Source of the DNA: Octopus vulgaris
Lineage: Eukaryota
DNA: 64,000 nt
Reading direction: 5' to 3'
NCBI GenBank assembly: GCA_951406725.2
Contig: OX597814.1
Span: 180,792,001-180,856,000 of the forward strand
The notes under the pieces were generated by a model. That model did not search any database and was not told the origin of the DNA. It saw nothing but the letters and a program-made list of their open reading frames with translations. This document shows, piece by piece, positions 40,400 to 51,140 of the stretch; the first letter of the stretch is position 1; every line of letters starts with the position of its first letter. A program made the translations under genes and the position numbers.

Positions 40400-41016
40400 C
40401 GGTAGGTGGTGTTGGTGTTGGCGGCAGCGGCGACAGCGGCGGTAACGGCGGCAGCGGCGGCAGCGGCGGCAGCGGCGGCAGCGGCGGCAGCGGCGGTAGC
40501 GGCGGCAGCGGCGGCAGCGGCGGCAGCGGCGGCAGCGGCGGCAGCGGCGACAGCGGCGGTAACGGCGGCAGCGGCGGCAGCGGCGGCAGCGGCGGCAGCG
40601 GCGGCAGCGGCGGCAGCGGCGGCAGCGGCGGCAGCGGCGGCAGCGGCGGCAGCGGCGGCAGCGGCGGCAGCGGCGCCAGCGGCGGCAGCGGCGTCAGCGG
40701 CGTCAGCGGCGGCAGCGGCGGCAGCGGCGGCAGCGGCGTCAGCGGCGGCTGCAGGTGTGGCAGCGACGGTGGTGGCAGAGGCGGCAGCAGAGGCGGCAGC
40801 AGCAGAGGCGGCAGCAGCAGAGGCGGCAGCAGCAGAGGCGGCAGCAGCAGAGGCGGCAGCAGCAGAGGCGGCGGTGGCGGCAGCAGAGGCGGCGGTGGCG
40901 GCAGCAGAGGCGGCGGTGGCGGCAGCAGAGGCGGCGGTGGCGGCAGCAGAGGCGGCGGTGGCGGCAGCAGAGGCGGCGGCGGTAGAGGCGGTGACGGTAG
41001 AGGCGTGGCGGCGGCG
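40400..41016. repeat. GC-rich compound tandem repeat: (GGCGGCAGC)n, then 15-mer and 21-mer derivatives
   Basis: Direct reading; variant block GACAGCGGCGGTAAC repeated 117 bp apart. Confidence 0.97.
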
Positions 41017-41895
41017 TGGAGTAGTTGGGGTGTCATCTTAATTTATTGACCGCTTCCTTCCTCCGCTGCTCGAAGTTATGAAATACAAAAAAGACTCTGT
41101 CGCGACTTTTGTGAGTGTGAAGTTTGGCAGGTGGAAACTAGAAATGTGTTGCATATGATATATTTATCAGTCTTTGTGTCTATGTTTAACGATGTAAAGC
41201 CGATGTTGTGTCAAAAGGACAACTTAACAATTCAATAAATATAGACTGAACAAACAAATACAAACGGAAATAAATACTGGGTAGATATGATCGCCAAAAT
41301 AACTTGAAGTAGATGTTCCAGTAAAAAGAAGTAAATCATAAAAAGAAAACATTTGCGCGCGCGGGTGTGTGTGTATGTATTACACATCTAACAATTCTGT
41401 CAATTCATTGCCTTTGGCCGGTTGTTTATATATCGATTCTGAAAGAATGGAAAATGAAGTTGATCTCGGCTAGATTTGAATTCACTGTGCCGACAAAACA
41501 AATGCCGTTAAACATTCTTAAAGTGACGTTCAAAACCACACTTCAAATTCGCCGGCATGTGTCTGCGTGTATGTGTGCTAGATAAGGACTTCACAGTAGC
41601 CATTAGACCCACTGAATGTAATACAGGTAACCTTTGCATCAAGGAGACCCTCTTTACTACTTAACTGAGACAGTTTTAAACTATAGTAAACAGCTACACG
41701 AAGCAGACAGACCTTGTGTCACCTCTCATTTTTCCATGTGTCATGAAGCAGGAGTCATAACATCGAAATATCGAAATGCAAAAATACAAAGCAAGACTTC
41801 AACTGTTGTTCTGGCTTCAATTCGTAGTTCATTTTGTATTCATTTCGCACTTTTTCGGCCTTATCAAAAAAAGTTTTATCTATACTTCACCCTTA

Positions 41896-42013
<118 letters not shown>

Positions 42014-42044
42014 TACATACACACACACACACACACATATATAT

Positions 42045-42238
42045 AGGGAGAGTTTACGAAAAAAACAAAAGACAAAGACAGGTAGTGTACAAAACAAACA
42101 GATGTATTAGTATAACGCTCAGGAATAGAAAAAGTCTTTTACGTTTCGAGCCTACGCTCTTCTACAGAAAGGGACACAGAAAAAAAAACAAGGAGAGAAA
42201 AAAATGTGTGTAGTGGCTAACGATCTATCATGGCGCTA
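42045..42238 (-). mobile_element. Family H1 short element with hammerhead-like motif at 42134-42175
   Basis: Minus strand: GTCccTTT-CTGTAGA-A-GAGC gtag GCTC-GAA-ACGT-A-AAAGAC; flanked by TA tracts. Confidence 0.7.
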
Positions 42239-43924
42239 ATATATATATATATATATATTAGTTTCCCATAATTCCATTTATGTGCAAAATGTAAGTTTAA
42301 AAGTTATTGTTTCAAAGTAATTTATGCAACCTAATATGGAGGAGCCAAAATTGCATAGTCGTCATTTTTTTTCATTTGTATTTTTGTTTCATTTATTTAT
42401 TTTTTGTGCGTGGAACTTGTGTTTACTATTAGTTTCGCTATGCTAGATTATTTCGTCCAATTAAAACACACGCATTATTAAGCACAATCCTTTATTCTTT
42501 TTAAATTTTAATAGCATCAAAATCTTTTGTGGTACAATCAGAGCCTGATCGATTTATCATTCTGCATTTGATTCTTTTATAGAAGGGATTAAAAAAACAA
42601 CAGAAACCTCATTTAAAGACGAAAACTCTGTTAGTGGAAGCAGATGTTCAGCAATGTAATGCACCAAGCTGCTGTATCAACGTGCCAGATCAAAGAAACG
42701 GTTGATTTGGTTCATTAATTTGGTAATCTTCATGGTCTGTTCTTTCAACCGGCGTACATGACCAGTAATTTAACTATCATTAATCATTGCTTTGAAAGCC
42801 TTTATTCTTCTATACTGCCTTCATATTTCGTATTTTGCTTCACAGCTGCCTTTCGGCATTTTTTCCTCTCCGTTTAACTTCAGACATACAAAACAAAGAA
42901 ATTATGAAAGTACAGTAAACGACAGTCAGCCGTCATTCGTGAGCGAGTATGGTTTGGTAACATGTACTATGCTTTTACTAATTGCTTTAGGTGTCTATGT
43001 CAGTCTTGACCCAGCAGAACATTCAGGATGTAACATCAGCAGGGAAATAAGGCAGCACCAGCGCCCGACTTGTGATCATTGCAGTTGAATAGATTGGAGC
43101 AATGTAAAATGAGGTGATTTGTTCAAGAACACAACGTGCTATCAAGTCCAGGAATTGAACTCATTATCTTATATTCAGGAGACATAACAACAAGGCCCCG
43201 AAACAAAGTCAAAATGTTAATTGGATAGTATCTATTATCTAGCGTTCCACTCAGTTCTGTATTAAAATCTTGTTTGCATTGGTTTTGTTTTTTATTCTCC
43301 ATGGTGTATAAAATAAATTTCTGTTATAAACTGAAGTCGATTCAATTAACTTTAACCCGATCTCTTGCAAAGATTGACTTATGCCTAGTCTAAAGAAAAA
43401 AGAAAAAGCTCAAAACTTATGAGCTGAAAACTAATTAAAAGTTTTCTGCAACATTTCCTTAGATGCGTTTTTAACCCTTTCAGAAACAAGTAGCGTATGA
43501 AAGCAGGTATAATTGTAACAGATTTTGTTCTGATTCTCTACGCTCTGAGTTCAAATCCTGTCGCTGTCATCTTCGCCTTTCATCCTTTCAGGGTCGATAA
43601 AACAGTACCAATCGAAGGCCGTGGATCGGCGGAACTGTAAGAACGTCGGGCTGAATGCCTTGTGGAATTTGTTCCGGCTCTTTGTGAGATCAAATACTAC
43701 CATAGCATTCATTGGATGGTAGACTTCACCTGTCGCTTGGTTTAACACTACCTTGGGTGTCTTTAACAGAGTCCACTCTGTTACGAGCATTCGAGTCAGG
43801 TTTCTTTCCTCTCTTCCTCCCTCCCACTAGTTCCGGATATCGGGTACTACCTCGCTTACGAGTAAAAGATAAAAAAATTAACGTCAGTTGACTGCTAAAT
43901 TAATTTGCTTTGTTTTTTTTTAAT

Positions 43925-44095
43925 GTTGTTGTTGTTGTTTAATCCCACGTGAGTTCTGATTTAGCAGACCTATATGATCAAGTGCATTCCAGCCATAACC
44001 AACCCATCATCTCGCAAAGCAGCGGAGCGTGATTTAAGGGAAAATTAATTTCTCTTCGGGAAATCGATTGATCACGTAGAGACTCCCAACGAGGG
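43925..44095 (+). repeat. Old unclassified interspersed repeat (family D)
   Basis: GTTTAA..CAGACCTATGATCAA..CATTCCAGCCAT..GTGTGATTT..TTTCTAGCA..GACCA.GTAGAG recurs at ~11520-11930, 12640-13000 (minus), 18520-19150, 38930-39540, 44905-45130 and 47765-47970. Confidence 0.7.
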
Positions 44096-45318
44096 AACCC
44101 TTTCACAGTCAATCTTCCCTTGTTTGTAGACCGCAGATCTATAAAAATTTTATAAACTTTCATGTTTTTAAAGAAAGATATAAATAACGAATTGCATTGT
44201 GTTGAGGATTTTTGAAGCAAGGCGCCAAATTCTGATCTAGTTTGCTTAGCAGGACACAATCACGGGCATCTTATTACAGGCTTAAGATACCGCTTTGTTT
44301 AACAAGGTCCAAGATGAGCTTTAGCAGAGTTCACTCTGTTTCCAAGTATTCAATTTTCTCTACAGATATTGGCCTGCAGATGTTCAGGTTGAGTATCAAA
44401 AGTGACAACCTTACTAGTCTGGTGAAGGTCTGCAAAGTTCATGAGCCCTGCCCTTCTTATTTTGATTTAGTCAATTTGGTTGGTGGTTCACTTTATATTA
44501 TCGGAGCTGAGCTTTATCTATGACTGTATCGAGGGTATGGTCATTCTTTTTTCTTTTCTTTTTTTCCACCAAAAGCAGGTGCCACGAGGGTGTCAAGAAT
44601 GGAAGTGACGTGCGACCTAAGAAAACGATCTCTTCTGATTCGTAAGGACGGATAGTTTTTTTTCCCCTCTCGGTTCATCTAATTCTCGCTGCTATATATA
44701 CCTTATATTCTACTTTTTTACAATTTTATTATGACGTAATTTTCTGCCTTTTGAAAATCTATATCTGTATATATACATACATTTGCATGAATTTTATATA
44801 AACTTGTATGCAGATGTTTATGGTACGCCCGCTATCGTTTTACTTGCCAACAACGATGTTAAAAGTAAACGAATATGGAATAACAGTGTGTAAAAAAAAG
44901 AACATTTTCGTTGCTGTTTTGTCTCAGGTCATCCACCATAGAGCAAACCTATGACAAAGAATTAAAGTTGTGATAATTCTTTCATTTTTAGAGGTACAAT
45001 GTACATGGTATTAAGTGATCTTTTCTCTCTCCTTTTTTTCTTTTTTTTTTCCTTATAGGATGCAATTTGAGAGAAAACAGGCTGCTATTGCTAGCAAGTT
45101 GTATGACCCGTAGTGGATCACTTGTTCTCTCCAGATAAATGACACTTGTGACACATGGGTGATACATCACCAGTACTTGGCATATGAATTCAAAATTTCT
45201 ACTTAAATTCAATCCTGCTCGGGCTTGTCCTTGCTTATGAATAAATATATTCCATATATGTATGTCCGAGTGCAAGTGTATATACGTGTGGCAAAGAATG
45301 CAGAACTCTGATGAATTA

Positions 45319-45536
45319 CAGTAATCCCTCGCCTTATTGCGGTTCACCTATCGGGATTTATTATTTAAGCTTACGTCGATTCCTCCGTGGTGGTGTTTTG
45401 CATTTATAATAAAATAAATACATACAAATCATAGAAATAATTTTTTTTAAACGTACGTTACATTACTGTTTCTACTTCCCGGATTTTCACCTATCGCGCG
45501 GGGTTTTTTTAACGTAACACCCGCGTTCAATCGAGG
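45319..45536. mobile_element. Tigger/pogo-like MITE, right end damaged
   Basis: TA|CAGTAATCCCTCG start, repeated TTCACCTATCG, residual CCCGCG..CGAGG at the right end. Confidence 0.5.
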
Positions 45537-45742
45537 TCAATTTTGCTTTTATCCTCCCCACATTCTGCCCACTGTCGGGGGTCGATAAAGTATTGATATC
45601 GATTATCTTCTTCCGTTAAAATTGTTGATCTTGTACCTGAATTAGAAACCATTTTATATTATTTGTGTGTGTAAAAACATATGTAAGTATATAGATACAC
45701 ACACATACATACACACACACATCACATACACATTCATATATA

Positions 45743-46985
45743 CTGGTGCGTAAGGTATTTGAGGACATAACTTCTGTGTGTAATTGCTGCATTTTTTGCT
45801 AACTCTGTATAATCTTTGTTTCAGAAAATAATAATGGCAGACACTCAGCTTACTCGAGGAATAAAGAGGCATGCTGCTATTGTGGTTATAAAGGCTGAGC
45901 ATAGCGATTTAGAAATATCTCGAATTTTAAAAGCTGCCAGAACTTTCGTCTACAAAATTTGTAAGGAACTAAAGACTGAAGATGAAAACGTATCATCAGT
46001 ATCAAAGCATAAAAAGAACTCCAAACGCTCTCTGGAACTGTCAGAACACCTGAATTTATCCAGCAAGTTCAACAGACCATTGATTACATTCCCAGAAAGT
46101 CCACGAGCTCAATTGCAAAAGATCTCCCTGTGTCAGAAGGTACATTCAGAAATATTGCCCACGAAGACATCAGATGCAAGTCTTATATGATGAGGAATGG
46201 TTAATTTGTCAGAAAAAGCAAAAGAGAATCACATCAGATCTAAAAGGCTCTTAAACAAACTGAAAAATCCAGTAGAAGATTTGATTTGGTTTTTCTCAAA
46301 CGAGAAAAATGTCGACCAAGATCAAAAAGTTAAAAGAAGAAATGACAGATTGTTATGTGCAGACCCTTCTGAAATTCCAAGTGCTATGCATACAAAATTT
46401 CCTGCAACCATCATGGTTTTAGGGGTTGTCAGTAATGAAGGACATGTGATACCGCCTTACTTCTTTCCACAAAGCCTTAGAGTTAACTCTGCCGCCTACA
46501 TTGAGGTCCTGGAAATAATTATTAAGCCCTGGATAAACAGTGTATGCAATGGAAGGCCATATGTGTGTCAGTAAGACTCTGTACTCTCACACATGGTTCT
46601 AGTAACACAGGAATGAATAGCTGAAAATTTTTGTGATCACATAACTGCTAACATTTGGCTTCCTAATTCCCCAGATCTCAATCCATTGGACTATTACATG
46701 TGGAACGTTGGTGAGAGAGAGGTCAATGAACACGCCCATAACACCAAAGATTCTTTGAAAACTGCCATAGTCAGAGTAATGTCCAAAATGAACCAGGACC
46801 ACTTGATTCGAGCATGTAGATGATTTCGATCTCATATAGTAGATGTTAAAGCTGAAGGTGGCATTATAGAAAAGAAGGTTTATTTTTATCCTCATAGCAT
46901 TTTTTGAGAAATAAAGTTTTATTTGTTATTATATATCTGTTTTTCTATAAACATAAATCTGTCCTCAAATATCTTACGCACCCTG
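45743..46985 (+). mobile_element. Complete but inactivated maT/DD37D Tc1-mariner element
   Basis: TIRs GGTGCGTAAGGTATTTGAGGACA and TGTCCTCAAATATCTTACGCACC with TA on both sides. FFSNEK, Q*DS, WLPNSPDLNPLDYYMW, with 37 residues counted between the second and third D. Stops and frameshifts present. Confidence 0.95.
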
Positions 46986-47075
46986 TATGTATGTATATAT
47001 ATATATATATAAAAGGCGGCGAGCTGTATGTATGTATGTATATATATATATATATGTATGTATATATATATATAA

Positions 47076-47307
47076 AAGGCGGCGAGCTGGCAGAAACGTT
47101 AGCACGCCGGGCGAAATGCTTAGCGGTATTTCGTCTGCCGTTACGTTATGAGTTCAAATTCCGCCGAGGTCGACTTTGCCTTTCATCCTTTCGAGGTCGA
47201 TAAATTAAGTACCAGTTACACACTGGGGTCGATGTAATCGACTTAATCCGTTTGTCTGTCCTTGTTTGTCCCCTCTGTGTTTAGCTCCTTGTGGGTAGTA
47301 AAGAAAT
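47076..47307 (+). mobile_element. Full-length young SINE family B
   Basis: Complete head, core and AAAGAAATA tail. Confidence 0.94.
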
Positions 47308-49992
47308 ATATATATATATATTTAACGCTTGCCTCCAGCGCTCGCAATCATGTGTGGTTTTTGTTGGATAGGGTATTGCTATTATTTGTAAGTTATTGTT
47401 CTAATGCTTTAAAATCTCTTTTCGTTTTCATTATCAGTAAATCAATTAGATTTTGCTTGTATTTCCTTCTTGTTTTTGTTTATATTAATTTATCATTGTT
47501 TTTATAATTTAATGACCTTTAGTTTCGTTTTCTCTCGTCTGGAATTATTTAAGTCTTTAATCATACATTAATTTGACCCATTCACCCTGTTACTTTCAGC
47601 CAATTTCATCATTGCCGTAAGATAGTAATTATGAAATCTTGTGAAATTAGTATTTAAACAGGTAAAATGATTATTGTATTCATTTCCTAACAAACAATAA
47701 ACTATACTTCAATAGTTGAACTCATCTGCCTATCTGACTTCCTCTTTTTTAAAATGTTATTGATTTTGTTTGATCCTCAGACCAGCTCTGATATTAGTCC
47801 TACGGCCAGAGACATTCCAGCCTTGACCATCTCGTCTTTTACTCAGACACAGTGTATCGGAGACTGCATTACCAAATATACATTTTTAAAAAACACTGTA
47901 GGCTGTGTTTGAGGAAGATTTAACTGCTTTTTCTAGCTTGTCGAGCGACCGCGCAGAGGCTTCCTCGTTAACTCGAAAAGTATCACACAGGTGGAAAAAG
48001 GGTTAACAGGGACCATTCTTTCAATAAAATTGCTTTTACGTCTTTGTCCAACATTTTCAGAGCCCTCCAGCCATTTTCTTTCATTCCCCAAGTGATATTC
48101 AACTTTGAATTGCCAATAATTTCAAACTTCATTCCCTGTTCTAATTGATTTGTTTTCCTTTCTACTTATTCAGATTTGTTATTGTAGAGTTTCAAGAGAC
48201 ACTGTTTCGTTTTCCGATCGTTCCATGTCTCCTATTTCAATAAAAATAGATAAAACTCCAGTGATGGTTAGATCCTTTTCTACCAATTACTACAGTTTAT
48301 TATTTTATTCTGTTTTATTTTATATTGTATACAGTTGTTCACAGGGATATGCTCAGCACCCCTATCTTGCAGACCTCACTTATTACGGAGTGCAGTAACG
48401 AGATACCTTCTAAAGGTTGTAAAAGATATACAACGAATTCGTAACCAAGAATCTAAACCGCAATTTTCACGTTTGCTTCGATTGTTGTTGGAACTTGCAC
48501 TTAGAATTTATTTGTTTAACCTGTCAGTATTGTATACGATTTACCACTGCATAACTGAATGTGTGGTATGGATCTCAAGTAACCAGGAGATGTAATATAT
48601 CAAGAACAACATATCTGTGGTTCGTACCTTGTCTTTCGGTGAACTACCCACATGCCTTAAGTTGCTCAATCAGAGTCTGTTTATTACTGACGTAAATTTT
48701 CTGTTTTGTTATGCATAAAATATTTTATTCAAATTAACGATGAAAATTTCCAACAGTTGTGTGAGAGTAGAATATAATTCTGTATAACTGTACGGATTTG
48801 AAAATTAAATACCTGAAGAAATTATAGCCGAAGAGCTGTCGTTTGTTTTTGCGAAAAATTGCCTTCATGCATTACTTTTCCATTTGGGTTTGCTCATTTG
48901 TCACTTGATTTATTGCCATCTCTTTGTCATTGGATGTTAAACCAGTTTTATTATGAAGCATTGAATGTTACGTAATTAAGTTGATAATTTATTAATCGAC
49001 TGCTACATCACGTTCTGAAATATCACTAAATGTTAATCCAAACTCTTGAGAATATTATCTCTATCACTGGCTGGGGAATGATAAAGTGTTGTTGATTTGG
49101 ACATGAAATATTGTCTTGGAATCTCCTTAGAGGGCTGTACCAGTCAGCAGATTGAATAGGAAAAAAACATAATAGCTGTGTAACGTAGGACAGATCACGT
49201 TGTTGTGTCATAGTTTTTGTTCTTTGTTGGATAGTTCTTGTCAGCAATCCAAGCTTTGTGACATGAATACGAATCTGCAATCATTTAACTGATTCCAGAG
49301 CAATTCTCAGCAAACCAGGCCCATTACTTATTGATAACGATGCCTCACATTTCTGAAAATAATTTGTAGAGATTCTCTTCAGTATTTCCCAAAATCTTCA
49401 ATCTTATCAAATACGCATATGATAAACAATGTTGCAACAAATAAGCATGATGAACCATGCCCCCGTGATCCCGGAGCACGAGGGAAGTGGAGAATATGGG
49501 ATCGAACAGGAACAGAAAAAGGAATGGACCCCGACCGGAAATGGACAACGAGAAAGGAAACGGTAAAGGAAAGGTAGATGAGGAATTCAGCTGCTGTGGA
49601 AAGGCGTTCTCTAGTTACATCGGACTGAGAATTCACCAAGGGATGGTGTGTCAGAGGAAAGTGATTCAACAGGTGTGAAGAAGCCAAAGATTAAGTGGCC
49701 GAAGGCAAATGATGCAGCGAGCTATAAGAAAATTCGACGACAAAGTAGCAAGAATGACCACCAAATTCAAAGGGGACGATGAACAAAAGCTCGAGAAGGT
49801 TAATATAATCTATCAGGAAAGGGAGATAAGATTTGGACTTGAAACAACAGGGAATGGAGAATCATCAGCAAAGGGCGGACCATCGAGGAGAGAAAGACGG
49901 ATCGCAATGATACGAGAAGAAAAATCTCAGAACTAGATTGAGAGATGCAAAGGAGGAGGAAAGAGAAGGGTTAAAACAACTATATGAAGAGA

Positions 49993-51140
49993 CTAGCTGA
50001 TGTACCCGGTAATTCCCGGGAGTAAAGATGTTCTATTGAAACGCCTTATTACTCTGATATAAGAAAGCAATATCATTATAACTACCACAAAAGGTGTATT
50101 TTCCGTCACGAAAAAGTACAAAAACTGTCAACTGGGGGTTGGGGGGACAGGTTTCCGAAGGTTGGTGAAAAAGATTGTCGGAGGTTTGTGAGAGAGGTTG
50201 TTGGAGGTTGGCGAGAGAGGTTGTCGGAGGTTGGCAAGAGAGTTCGTCGGAGGTTGTCTAAAGAGGTTGTCGGAGGTTGGCAAGAGAGATTATCGGAGGT
50301 TGTCGAAAGAGGTTTTCAGAGGTTGGCGAGAGAGGTTGTCTTAGGTTGGCAAGAGTGGTTGTCGGAGAGAGAGGCATCTTCGTTCCAAAATTTCAGTCTT
50401 GCATGGCTTCGTGATACACAATACTTTTGGTTTTGCAGTTGGGTGCATATATGAACAAATTTTCCGGATTTCCAACTTTAGAGCATCCGACATAGAGCTG
50501 TCCGTGAGAAAAAGCAGGTTCTGCAAGATTAAGGCCTATCACTTCCAATGTCTGACCCTATGCTTTGTCGATACTCATTGCAAAGCTTAATCTCAGTGGG
50601 AATTGTAGCATTTTGAAATCAATTTGTGTGTCGGAAGGAATCAGAGGAATCTTTGGAATGAAAACATCTTCACCACTTGCTTTCCCAGTCAGCATTGCTG
50701 CTTCCAACACTGTCTGCATCAAATTTTTGATAAGTCTCGTACCATTGAATAGATGTTGAAAGAATGTCTATTAATGCAATGTGTGAATTAATTACAGAAA
50801 TATGTATATAACTGTTTATATAATTAAAATAGACGAAAACTAATTGTTTTATTTTGTAAATATGAAACATAATGAATCAGAGACTTACTTGAGATCGCCG
50901 TTGTTGCATTAGAGCAGCTTGTGAAGTAGAAGCACCCAATCGTACTCTGACTCGTCGTGGCATTTTGAAGGTGAACTTTATGAAGGCTAATTTATTAAAG
51001 GTAATATATGAATGTAGTATATATGTATAATAGAAATTGCATTAATAGAATTTTTTTCAACATCTAAGCAATGGTACGAGACTTATCAAAAAATTGATGC
51101 AGACAGTGTTGGAGGCAGCAATACTGACTGGAAAAGCAAG
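49993..51140 (-). mobile_element. Helitron 3' fragment with PIF1 helicase C-terminus (50393-50746) inside the HERO element
   Basis: NGTRL..FIPKIPLIPSD..QFPLRLSFAMSIDKA*GQTL..FSHGQLYVGCSKV. 3' hairpin CCCGG-gaatta-CCGGG followed by CTAG|T at 49993. Confidence 0.95.
50150..50375. repeat. About 23 bp minisatellite (GAGAGAGGTTGTCGGAGGTTGGC) in the Helitron 3' region
   Basis: About 9-10 degenerate units. Confidence 0.9.

Noticed and set aside
40350-41041. Poly-Pro (228 aa) and poly-Ala (211 aa) ORFs as genes
   Set aside because: Pure tandem repeat open in several frames, with no good start or splice context.
44150-44520. Minus-strand AP-endonuclease start (LLILNLNI)
   Set aside because: Single weak motif with no supporting downstream residues.
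47990-49440. Minus-strand coding remnants (possible pogo or LINE scraps) or a host exon
   Set aside because: Only vague motif similarity with frequent stops; no assignment possible by eye.
50150-50375. CRISPR-like array
   Set aside because: Contiguous degenerate units with no unique spacers, inside a Helitron; eukaryotic context.
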